The translations under genes were made by a program, and so were the position numbers. A stretch of 64,000 nucleotides of DNA from Macrostomum hystrix (Eukaryota > Animalia > Platyhelminthes), in the NCBI GenBank assembly GCA_950097015.1, contig CATNEN010000007.1, positions 10,168,001-10,232,000 on the forward strand, read 5' to 3'. Shown here in pieces: positions 35,601-48,688 of this stretch (the stretch's first letter is position 1; every line of letters begins with the position of its first letter). The notes beneath the pieces were generated by a model. The model had not been told where the DNA came from and searched no databases. It saw nothing but the letters and a program-made list of their open reading frames with translations.

Positions 35601-38600
35601 CCCCTAGCCGCTGCAGTTGCTTCGAGTATATTTTTAGCCCTGGCCCTGCATTATTCACTCGGTTTGTGCAGGGTGGCCTTCTCTCCCTTCACGGCTAGAT
35701 GAATAATAGGCAGCAGTTTTGGTGCCAATCGAGTGCTTATGATTAACCCGCGCCCACTGCTGCTGCTGTTTCACTGCTGTTGTTTATAAACAATTGCATT
35801 TGTACTAGCCAGCTTTGTGCATCAACCCGTCACAATGTCAGCTGATCTGCTGGACCAATGAGATCGGCTGTCAGCTCTGCCTTGGAGTGACAGCGGCTTG
35901 CGGCGGTCAACTAAGGTGTCGGCAGGAGTGCCAACTGTAGGCTGTGAGGAGTGACAACTGTAGGCTGTGAGGAGTGCCAACTGTAGGCTGTTAGGAGTGA
36001 AAACTGTAGGCTGTGAGGAGTGCCAACTGTAGGCTGTGAGGAGTGCCAACTGTAGGCTGTGAGGAGTGCCAACTGTAGGCTGCGAGGAGTGACAACTGTA
36101 GGCTGTGAGGAGTGCCAACTGTAGGCTGTGAGGACTGCCAACTGTAGGCTGCGAGGAGTGACAACTGTAGGCTGTGAGGAGTGACAACTGTAGGCTGTGA
36201 GGAGTGACAACTGTAGGCTGTGAGGAGTGCCAACTGTAGGCTGTTAGGAGTGACAACTGTAGGCTGTGAGGAGTGCCAACTGTAGGCTGTGAGGACTGCC
36301 AACTGTAGGCTGTGAGGAGTGCCAACTGTAGGCTGTTAGGAGTGACAACTGTAGGCTGTGAGGAGTGCCAACTGTAGGCTGTGAGGAGTGCCAACTGTAG
36401 GCTGTGAGGACTGCCAACTGTAGGCTGCGAGGAGTGACAACTGTAGGCTGTGAGGAGTGACAACTGTAGGCTGTGAGGAGTGACAACTGTAGGCTGTGAG
36501 GACTGCCAACTGTAGGCTGTGAGGAGTGACAACTGTAGGCTGTGAGGAGTGCCAACTGTAGGCTGTTAGGAGTGACAACTGTAGGCTGTGAGGAGTGCCA
36601 ACTGTAGGCTGTGAGGAGTGCCAACTGTAGGCTGTGAGGACTGCCAACTGTAGGCTGCGAGGAGTGACAACTGTAGGCTGTGAGGAGTGACAACTGTAGG
36701 CTGTGAGGAGTGACAACTGTAGGCTGTGAGGAGTGACAACTGTAGGCTGTGAGGAGTGACAACTGTAGGCTGTGAGGAGTGACAACTGTAGGCTGTGAGG
36801 AGTGCCAACTGTAGGCTGTTAGGAGTGACAACTGTAGGCTGTTAGGAGTGACAACTGTAGGCTGTTAGGAGTGACAACTGTAGGCTGTGAGGACTGCCAA
36901 CTGTAGGCTGTGAGGAGTGCCAACTGTAGGCTGTGAGGACTGCCAACTGTAGGCTGTTAGGAGTGACAACTGTAGGCTGTGAGGAGTGCCAACTGTAGGC
37001 TGTGAGGAGTGCCAACTGTAGGCTGTGAGGAGTGCCAACTGTAGGCTGTGAGGAGTGCCAACTGTAGGCTGTGAGGACTGCCAACTGTAGGCTGTGAGGA
37101 GTGCCAACTGTAGGCTGTTAGGAGTGCCAACTGTAGGCTGTTAGGAGTGACAACTGTAGGCTGTGAGGAGTGCCAACTGTAGGCAGTGAAAAGTGCCGCA
37201 TTAGGAAATTGCCTGAGGTTAAAATTAACTGCAGAAACTCATGTCGAAAGCTGCGCGCAGGCGTCTGACATATACAAAAATATTTTTACATTTCGTTGAA
37301 AATAGAGTCAGAGAAGCGAGTGCTGAATATCAACAAACAGGCTGCTCTACCGTACACTGCCCATCAAAGTTCCGCTCACCCGCTCACATTATTTCTACTC
37401 ATTACTCATACTCATACTCACACACTGTGCACACGGCACAGATTTGTGGCAGGAGCCAGTTATTGTGGCTCGCAGTGGATGCGGTGGCTTCTACAGGTTG
37501 GGCTCAAATATTTGCGCACCAGCCTACAGAGTGAGCCCCGTGCGACACTCACCGCCACGAGTGGTTTGGGAGGGTCTGAAATAGAGATAGAGAGACATAG
37601 ATAAGGACCAGCTAACTATCATTTGAAATTAGCCGCCTCACGCCCCCGCACAAAGCGGTGGCAGCAGCAGCAGCAGCAGCAGCAGGTATTTACAACCAGC
37701 CGGAGCCTGTTTCGCTCAGCTCTGAGCTACTGCAGCAGACGCAATTGTTGCCGGGCGGGCAGTTGCACCGGCAGAACCCCTCAATCTGTTATTGTCGCTG
37801 AGCTTTTGTTGATTCGCTTCTTCGAATTAGAGAAACAGAACTGGCGGTGACAGGGCAGAGGAACACGCAAGCATCGCGTTGCTTTCAATGCCTTTTTCAG
37901 TCGGGGATTGTCTTACACCTGCTTGCCCCTGCGCGCCTACCGTCTGCGAGGAGGGGGGTGGCTGGGTGGCACAGCTTGGCTCTCAGTGACTCCGCACACC
38001 GCTATGGGACTGAATGAATAGTGCAAATAAATAGCAACACAAAAAAATAACAACTACATAAACATTCCGCGATCTTGGAGACAACAATGCTGGGGTGGGT
38101 GTCAGTGAGCTAAAAGGATTAAGATTAACCCATGTATGTGGGAGGTGCCTGGCGGCTTAGGAGAACAGCGAAGGGCGGCGGGGAAGCCATAAGTAAATAA
38201 ACATGGTTCCATAGCAGGTTTTTAAAAGCATAGTGGCTGAGAGAATGCATGAGATAGTGGCTGAGAGAATACATGAGATAGTGGCTGAGAGAATACATGA
38301 GATAGTGGCTGAGAGAATACATGAGATAGTGGCTGAGAGAATACATGAGATAGTGGCTGAGAGAATACATGAGATAGTGGCTGAGAGAATACATGAGATA
38401 GTGGCTGAGAGAATACATGAGATAGTGGCTGAGAGAATACATGAGATAGTGGCTGAGAGAATACATGAGATAGTGGCTGAGAGAATACATGAGATAGTGG
38501 CTGAGAGAATACATGAGATAGTGGCTGAGAGAATACATGAGATAGTGGCTGAGAGAATACATGAGTTAGTGGCTGAGAGAATACATGAGATAGTGGCTGA

Positions 38601-41600
38601 GAGAATACATGAGATAGTGGCTGAGAGAATACATGAGATAGTGGCTGAGAGAATACAGGACATAGAAGGCTGAAAGGTGAGAAAAATGAGAAATCGTAGG
38701 AATGATAGGAAGCGGGCTTTTAATTTCGAAACAGCCAGAGCGAGAAAGCACACGAGAGCTACGGAAGGCCAAACAAAATAGTGAGGTAGGCAGAGGCCAA
38801 ATAGACTGTTTAGCATGGCTGTTGGTGCAATAACACAGCTCGGGGTCCGTTGCGAAAGCAGAAGAATTATTTATGCAGGAGGAAGTTCACACAAGCCAAT
38901 GCGCTAATTACGAATTGATATTGTACAGTGAGCGAGAAGACAGAGCGGACACGCAACAGGTGAGTGGACCGTCTCCAAGCCCATGACACCGCGGGTCAGG
39001 TAAACAACAGCTGCTAATATGCTAATATAGCCGTTTATGCAGAACACCTCTGCTGAGATTTCATTTTGGTTGCCATGTGACAGTTGTCTGTGCGTGTCTC
39101 CATGTGGACATTGCACACGGGAGCTGCGGCACTGATTGATCAGCAACAGGAGGGAGGCGGGGCGACGTCCTAGAAGGAATGCAAACTTTGCGTAAGCGGC
39201 GCATTGGGGTGGGGGTCGGTGGGGTCGTAAAAACTTGCGCAGGCCGATAGCGCCGCTCGACCTACCGCAAAGGGCGGGCTGTTTCTTGGAAAATAACCTC
39301 CGTCCGAGCGGCTCGATTTCCCCAACAAACAACAAACGGCAAGTACTAAGAAGTTCCATTGCCCGAATCGGACCCAAGTCCTCTCGGCTGCATTCACAAT
39401 AACAAAACATTGCAGTCGTGTTATGCTACTTATAGTAGAGATGTGAAAATTTCTGATGGATAAACATTCGATTGCACTGTGTGGGAAGCTGCCAAAAAGT
39501 GCTCGCCAAAATATGGTATGAAAAAATGATGAAATCCCTAACTTCAATGAGGATTAGAATTCCTATCTAAAATGAGGATCTGAATCCCAAACTAAAATGA
39601 GGATCTAAATCCCAAACTAAAACGAGGATCTAAATCCCAAACTAAAATGAGAATCTGAATCCCAAACTAAAATGAGGATCTAAATCCCAAACTAAAATGA
39701 GGATCTAAATCCCAAACTAAAATGAGGATCTAAATCCAAAACTAAAATGAGGATCTAAATCCCAAACTAAAATGAGGATCTGAATCCCAAACTAAAATGA
39801 GGATCTAAATCCCAAACTAAAATGAGGATCTAAATCCCAAACTAAAATGAGGATCTGAATCCCAAACTAAAATGAGGATCTAAATCCCAAACTAAAATGA
39901 GGATCTAAATCCCAAACTAAAATGAGGATCTAAATCCCAAACTAAAATGAGGATCTGAATCCCAAACTAAAATGAGAATCTAAATCCCAAACTAAAATGA
40001 GAATCTGAATCCCAAACTAAAATGAGGATCTAAATCCCAAACTAAAATGAGGATCTAAATCCCAAACTAAAACGAGGATCTGAATCCCAAACTAAAATGA
40101 GAATCTGAATCCCAAACTAAAACGAGGATCTGAATCCCAAACTAAAATGAGAATCTGAATCCCAAACTAAAATGAGGATCTAAATCCCAAACTAAAATGA
40201 GGATCTAAATCCCAAACTAAAACGAGGATCTGAATCCCAAACTAAAATGAGAATCTGAATCCCAAACTAAAACGAGGATCTGAATCCCAAACTAAAATGA
40301 GAATCTGAATCCCAAACTAAAACGAGGATCTAAATCCCAAACTAAAATGAGAATCTGAATCCCAAACTAAAATGAGGATCTAAATCCCAAACTAAAATGA
40401 GGATCTGAATCCCAGACTAAAATGAGAATCTGAATCCCAAAATAAAATGAGGATCTGAATCCCAAACTAAAGTGAGGATCTGAATCCCAAACTAAAATGA
40501 GGATCTAAATCCCAAATTAAAATGAGGATCTGAATCCCAAACTAAAATGAGGATCTAAATCCCAAATTGAAAGGAGGATCTGAATCACAAACTAAAATGA
40601 GGATCTAAATCCTAAACTAAAATGAGGTTCTAAATCCCAAACTAAAATGAGGATCTGAATCCCAAAATCGAAATGAGGATAACATCCCATACACAGGTGA
40701 GGATTATAGAGACGTACCTTCTCATCGTAGGTGCAGTCCTGCAGCACCTCAGGCGCGATGTAGCCGGGGGTCCCCTGCTTGCCCGTGACGCCCTGCAGGC
40801 CGGTGTTCAGCGAGGTGCCGTAGTCGCCCAGCTTGACGTGCCGCTCGGCCAGGGGGTCGACGGAGAACACCAGCACGTTGTCGGTCTTGAGGTCGCGGTA
40901 CAGCACACTCTGCGAGTGCATGTAGGCTATGGCGGAGATCACCTGCGGAAGCATGAGACCTGTGCTCAATTTCTTAAGGGGAAATCCGATAATAGTGAAA
41001 TCCCGTCAGCTCACCTGGTAGGCAATCTTAAAGGTGAGCTGGCGGCCCAGCGGCAGGATGATCCCCGGCCGCTGCCTGTGGGCCTCCTGGCGCACATTGG
41101 CCAGCGAGCCCAGCGGCGCCAGCTCGGTCAGGAAGCAGAGCGGCTCCAGGCAGATGCCGCGGAACTCAACCAGGAACGGGTGGCGAAGCGACTGCAGCAC
41201 GTTGGCCTCGCGCCGCATTTGCTTGAGGCCGTCAATGGCCTGGTCGAGTAGCCGGGCCAGCTGCAGCTGCACCAGCGAGTCGGCGGGCGACTGGGCGGGC
41301 AGCCCGGTGGGCGAAGATTCGCTGGCGCTGTTGGTGCTTCGGGCCAAGGCTGATGAGCGACGCCCGGACGCAGGACGAAGTCGGACTGGTTCGTCATTTA
41401 GATTCTGCGATGGCAACTGCTGCTGGCGCTGCTGCTGCTGCTGCTGCTGCTGAAAGTCCATAAAGCTTTCAAGAAATTTGATAATCTTTGCAGCCACCGG
41501 TACGTTGTCAAGCCTGGATGAGGTTTGAGTGAGAATCCTTGGGTTTATCCAATAGCCTTTAAATACTGGAAAGTGACTTAAGACAGTCACTCCAACAGCA

Positions 41601-44600
41601 CAGGACAGTCACTCCAACAGCACAGGACAGTCACTCCAACAGCACAGGACAGTCACTCCAACAGCACAGGACAGTCACTCCAACAGCACAGGACAGTCAC
41701 TCCAACAGCACAGGACAGTCACTCCAACAGCACAGGATAGTCACACCAACAGCACAGGACAGTCACTCCAACAGCACAGGATAGTCACACCAACAGCACA
41801 GGACAGTCACTCCAACAGCACAGGACAGTCACACCAACAGCACAGGACAGTCACTCCAACAGCACAGGACAGTCACTCCAACAGCACAGGATAGTCACAC
41901 CAACAGCACAGGACAGTCACTCCAACAGCACAGGACAGTCACTCCAACAGCACAGGACAGTCACTCCAACAGCACAGGACAGTCACTCCAACAGCACAGG
42001 ACAGTCACTCCAACAGCACAGGACAGTCACTCCAACAGCACAAGAGTGCACCCTATCGACCTACCAGGCCTTGTAGACGCTGCCGAAGGATCCCTCGCCC
42101 AGTAGGCAGTCAGGCTCTCGCCGAAGCCGCAGTCGGCTAGCCTCGACGATGATTGATTTGTCGACGTCCGCGAACAGCAGCTCCGGCACGAGGTCGCTTG
42201 GCTGCAGGGCGGCCCGGCAGCGGGGGCAGCGCAAGGGGCGGCGGGTCAGGGCGCGCTCGGCGCAGTGCCGGTAGCTGAACCAGTGCACCTTGGCGCGCCA
42301 GTCCGGGACCCGTTCGGACAGCGAGCTCAGCGTCATGTAACCGCCGTCCATCAAGCTGGCCAGGCACTCCGGGCAGGGCACCTGCGGTTCCGTTTCGGTT
42401 CCATCGATTATCCACCTGCTAACAGCAGCTAATTATCCGAGGTTATCCCCCTGCAAATCTCACAGATGATCCCCTGCAAATCTCACAGATGATCCCCTGC
42501 AAATCTCACAGATTATCCCCCTGCAAATCTCACAGATTATCCCCCTGCAAATCTCACAGATTATCCCCCTGAAAATCTCACAGATTATCCCCCTGCAAAT
42601 CTCACAGATGATCCCCTGCAAATCTCACAGATTATCCCCCTGCAAATCTCACAGATTATCCCCCTGCAAATCTCACAGATTATCCCCCTGCAAATCTCAC
42701 AGATTATCCCCCTGAAAATCTCACAGATTATCCCCCTGCAAATCTCACAGATGATCCCCTGCAAATCTCACAGATTATCCCCCTGCAAATCTCACAGATT
42801 ATCCCCCTGCAAATCTCACAGATTATCCCCCTGCAAATCTCACAGATTATCCCCCTGAAAATCTCACAGATTATCCCCCTGAAAATCTCACAGATTATCC
42901 CCCTGCAAATCTCACAGATTATCCCCCTGCAAATCTCACAGATTATCCCCTGAAAATCTCAAAGATTATCCCCCAGATAATCCAACAAGATTATCACAGA
43001 TTACCCACCAGCTAATCCCACAAGATTATCCCACAGATTACCAACCAGCTAATCCCACAAGATTATCCCACAAATTACCAACCAGCTAATCCTAGCAGAT
43101 TATCCCATAGAAAATCCTTCTATTAATCCTAATAGATTATCGCATAAACGGAAATACAGAAAGCACAAAAATCCCACCATTCGCTGCATCAGGCCGCCTT
43201 GCCCATTCCCCCGAGCGTCGCCCAGGTTCCTGTCATCCACACAGTCATCGTCCTCGCCCACGTCAGTGTAGTCGTCGTTCTCGCCGCCGGCCAGTCCGGG
43301 GAACCAGGTCTCCAGGAGCAGGTCCACCTCGTCAACCAGGAGGCCGATTGGAGCAAAGTTTTTCTGGCGACTGAGCACGCACAGCTCAAGCTCCACGCCA
43401 CCATTGGACAGCTGAATGCCGAACCGACCATCGTCGCATTCGCCCGCGTGCTTCACCATGAAGCCGCTGCGCCAGCAGCAGACGCTGCTCCGGCTACGGC
43501 CCAGCAGCTCCCGCTCCCAGCCGCCGAGGGACCGGCTGCTCCGGCTAAGGAGTTGAGCAGCGTCTGCGGCGCCGATGGAGGATGAGTACAGCAGCCGGGA
43601 GGCCATGCTCGGCTGCTTGGCAACCAGCGCCCGCCTGCCGCGCTGGCCGGCGGCCAGGTGGACGCGGGCGCGCTCCTTCAGGTCGGCCACCGCCGTGTGC
43701 AGCCGGGCGGCCAGGCGGGGCCACAGACCGGGCGGGCAATAGGGGAAGCGGTACACGCGCAGCAGGGCACGGCACGGCTGCAGCGACTCGCGCGGCACCG
43801 TCTCGGGGTCCAGCGGCTCCGTAGGGTGCTCGGACAGGTCGTTCGGGAACAGAAGCCTGCGGACGGGTGGGGTGTCAAGGGACTGTCAAGGACCGATGTA
43901 AGGGAATTGCGGCTGGTGTGTGGGACAGTGTCTGTAGGAGATGGGGTGTGTGGGACAGTGTCTGTAGGAGATGGGGTGTGTGGGACAGTGTCTGTAGGAG
44001 ATGGGGTGTGTGGGACAGTGTCTGTAGGAGATGGGGTGTGTGGGACAGTGTCTGTAGGAGATGGGGTGTGTGGGACAGTGTCTGTAGGAGATGGGGTGTG
44101 TGGGAGAGTGTCTGTAGGAGATGAGGTGTGTGTGACAGTGTCTGTAGGTGATGGGGTGTGTGTGACAGTGTCTGTAGGAGATGGGGAGTGTGGGATAGTG
44201 TCTGTAGGAGATGGGGAGTGTGAGAGAGTGTCTGTAGGAGATGGGGAGTGTGGGATAGTGTCTGTAGGAGATGGGGAGTGTGGGATAGTGTCTGTAGGAG
44301 ATGGGGAGTGTGGGATAGTGTCTGTAGGAGATGGGGTGTGTGGGAGAGTGTCTGTAGGAGATGGAATTGTGGGACAGTGTCTGTAGGAGATGGGGTGTGT
44401 GGGAGAGTGTCTGTAGGAGATGGAATTGTGGGAGAGTGTCTGTAGATGAGGAGTGTGGGAGAGTGTCTGTAGGAGATGAGGTGTGTGGGATAGTGTCTGT
44501 AGGAGATGAGGTGTGTGGGAGAGTGTCTGTAGGAGATGGGGAGTGTGGGAGAGTGTCTGTAGGAGATGAGGTGTGTGGGAGAGTGTCTGTAGGAGATGAG

Positions 44601-47600
44601 GTGTGTGGGAGAGTGTCTGTAGGAGATGAGGTGTGTGGGAGAGTGTCTGTAGGAGATGGGGAGTGTGGGATAGTGTCTGTAGGAGATGGGGAGTGTGGGA
44701 GAGTGTCTGTAGGAGATGAGGTGTGTGGGAGAGTGTCTGTAGGAGATGGGGAGTGTGGGATAGTGTCTGTAGGAGATGGGGAGTGTGGGAGAGTGTCTGT
44801 AGGAGATTAGGTGTGTGGGAGCGTGTCTGTATGAGATGAGTGAGGGGGGATGTGTAGATTTCGTGTGCTGTTAGAAGTACTGGTAAGGTTGGCAACTTAC
44901 GTTTTGTCATTAAGCTTATGGCAGATGTTAAGCTCATGAAGCAGGTGTATGAAGGTGTCTGTGTGATCCTCAGGAATCATCAGGGCCGAGGTGAGAAAGC
45001 TCTTGAGCTGGCTGATCTGCAGCTCACCGCGCTGAGGAACTGCGGACTGAGAAGAGCCAATATTTTGCTTTGCCTACTGTAAGTAGCGAGATAGCGCATT
45101 TTTTATTTAAATCTGATAAAGGGCACATAAGGTTCCGAGTTAAACTGTTAACTGTTAAACGACTACCAAAACTGTTAGATACTGTCCAAAACTGTTAGAT
45201 GACTACCAAAACTGTTAGATGACTACCAAAACTGTTAGATGACTACCAAAACTGTTAGATGACTACCAAAACTGTTAGATGACTACCAAAACTGTTAGAT
45301 ACTGTCCAAAACTGTTAGATGACTACCAAAACTGTTAGATGACTACCAAAACTGTTAGATGACTACCAAAACTGTTAGATACTGTCCAAAACTGTTAGAT
45401 GACTACCAAAACTGTTAGATGACTACCAAAACTGTTAGATGACTACCAAAACTGTTAGATGACTACCAAAACTGTTAGATAACTACCAAAACTGTTAGAT
45501 ACTGTCCAAACCTATTAGATGACTACCAAAACTGTTAGATTCTGTCCAAAACTGTTAGATACTGTCCAAAACTGTTAGATACTGTCCAAAACTGTTAGAT
45601 GACTACCAAAACTGTTAGATACTGTCCAAAACTGTTAGATGACTACCAAAACTGTTAGATACTGTCCAAAACTGTTAGATGACTACCAAAACTGTTAGAT
45701 ACTGTCCAAAACTGTTAGATGACTACCAAAACTGTTAGATACTGTCCAAAACTGTTAGATGACTACCAAAACTGTTAGATCACTACCAAAACTGTTAGAT
45801 GACTACCAAAACTGTTAGATACTGTCCAAAACTGTTAGATACTGTCCAAAACTGTTAGATACTGTCCAAAACTGTTAGATGACTACCAAAACTGTTAGAT
45901 CACTACCAAAACTGTTAGATGACTACCAAAACTGTTAGATGACTACCAAAACTGTTAGATGACTACCAAAACTGTTAGATAACTACCAAAACTGTTAGAT
46001 AACTACCAAAACTGTTAGATACTGTCCAAAACTTTTGGATAACCACCAAAACAGTTAGATGACTACCAAAACAGTTTTCTCTCCAAAATTGTTGGATAAC
46101 TACCAAAACTGTTAGATAACTACCAAAACTGTTAGATAACTACCAAAACTGTTAGATAACTACCAAAACTGTTAGATACTGTCCAAAACTGTTAGATACT
46201 GTCCAAAACTGTTAGATAACTACCAAAACTGTTAGATACTGTCCAAAACTTTTGGATAACTACCAAAACTGTTAGATACTGTCCAAAACTGTTAGATGAC
46301 TACCAAAACTGTTAGATAACTACCAAAACTGTTAGATAACTACCAAAACTGTTAGATACTGTCCAAAACTTTTGGATAACCACCAAAACAGTTAGATGAC
46401 TACCAAAACTGTTAGATGACTACCAAAACTGTTAGATACTGTCCAAAACTGTTAGATAACTACCAAAACTGTTAGATACTGTCCAAAACTTTTGGATAAC
46501 CACCAAAACAGTTAGATGACTACCAAAACAGTTTTCTCTCCAAAACTGTTAGATAACTACCAAAACTGTTAGATACTGTCCAAAACTTTTGGATAACCAC
46601 CAAAACAGTTTTCTCTCCAAAATTGTTGGATAACTACCAAAACAGTTAGATAGCTACCAAAAGGTTAGATAACTGCCAAAACTGTTAGATAACTACCAAA
46701 ACTGTTAGACAAAGTCAGGGTCCAGTTGAGCTCACCACGCTTTTGAACAAAACAACCGCCTGCAGCACGAACAGGAACCAGGGTGGGTTCGGGCAGAACA
46801 GCGAAGGGTTGAAGTCGCCGCGAATGTGCAGCAGAATACCCAGCTCGTGCATGAAGTCGATGGCTGCGGGAGAGAGGACAGAACCTCAGCTGGTCACTCC
46901 CAACTGGTCACTCTACTGGATTATTGGTCACTCCACTGGATTAATGGTCACTCCACTGCATTATTGGTCACTCCACTGGATTAATAGTCACTCAACTGCA
47001 CTATTGGTCACTTCACTGACTATTGAGGTGTCCCTAATGCACACACTGCTGTCTGGTCACTCTAATGCACACACTGCTGTCTGGTCACTCTAATGCACAC
47101 ACTGCTGTCTGGTCACTCTAATGCACACACTGCTGTCTGGTCACTCTAATGCACACACTGCTGTCTGGTCACTCTAATGCACACACTGCTGTCTGGTCAC
47201 TCTAATACACACACTGCTGTCTGGTCACTCTAATGCACACACTGCTGTCTGGTCACTCTAATGCACACACTGCTGTCTGGTCACTCTAATGCACACACTG
47301 CTGTCTGGTCACTCTAATGCACACGCTGCTGTCTGGTCACTCTAATGCACACACTGCTGTCTGGTCACTCTTCCACCTTCCGCACCTTTCTCAAAGGCCT
47401 GGCTCGGCACCTTGCAGTTTCTCGCAGCATTTTTTAGCAGCTCCAGCATTTCATCCTCCGTGATGAGCGGCACGTATCTGAGGCAAATTTTAATTTCTTT
47501 CGAATTAGCAACCAGTGAGATGAAGCCAAATCAACTCAATCCTAATCAGAACCAGCTTCCCATTAACTCTCATCCGAATCCCAGCATCCCAACAGCTCAT

Positions 47601-48645
47601 AAATCCCAAATCCCAATCTAGAACCAACTTCCCAATAGCTCATAGATTCCAAATCCCAATCTAGAACCAACTTCCCAATAGCTCATAAATCCCAAATCCC
47701 AATCTAGAACCAACTTCCCAATAGCTCATAAATCCCAAATCCCAATCTAGAACCAGCTTCCCAATAGCTCATAGATCCCAAATCCCAATCTAGAACCGGC
47801 TTCCCAATAGCTCATAAATGCCGAATCCCAATTCACAAGTAGCCTTCCCGCCTCATCATGAAGTGCCTGGCTCCTCAACCCACCTCCGCGCATTGTTGCT
47901 GTGCTGAATGCTCTCCAAGCGTTGCACCACGAGCTCCATGGCGTTGGTGAAGAAGAGCGGCAGCTCGCGGCCGATCACGCGGCCCCGCTGGGCATCCTCC
48001 GGGCAGGGCAGCAGCAGGGACCACCGCAGCACCGACCAGCGAAGACTGGCGACCGACTGCTCATCCGGCTGGTCCGGAAGGGTCAGGAATTCGACCACGG
48101 GCGGGTAGCCGGGAGAGTTCGCCAGCTCCTGCTGCCAGCTGCAGATAAGAGAGTTCAAAGCGAACTCGTCACCCTGCACCAGGTTCTGCCCGACGGCAAT
48201 CACGAAGCTCTTCGGGGCGCGGGCCTGTGGCGGAGGGCCGGGGTTCAATCACACCGATTCACCGAGCTGATCTGGCACTCCTTGTCACTTGTCACTCCTT
48301 GTCACTCCTGCAACCTACGTCACTCCTGCAACCTAAGTCAGTGCTGGTCAACTAGTAAACAAGCCCGCAAGCCCACCTGTATTGTGAGCAGGCTCTGCTT
48401 AATCTTATCGAACGCCTGCTTGCCGTCCAGGCAGTCCCACAGCAGCAGGTAGAGCGTGTGTTTGGTGAGCACAATCTCGTGTATACTGTCTATGGCCGGG
48501 GAGCCGCCGATCCCGCCACCGACACCGGACTTCAGAACCCAGGCGTGCAGGTGCACACTCTGCACGTGCACCGGCAGGAAGTCGTCCTGTAGTGGAAATT
48601 TTACGCTGATACAACAACTACTACAACTATTACTACTACTACAAC

Positions 48646-48688
<43 letters not shown>

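Noticed and set aside
45161-46710. Two alternating unit variants as a coded pattern
   Set aside because: Consistent with ordinary minisatellite variant interspersion.
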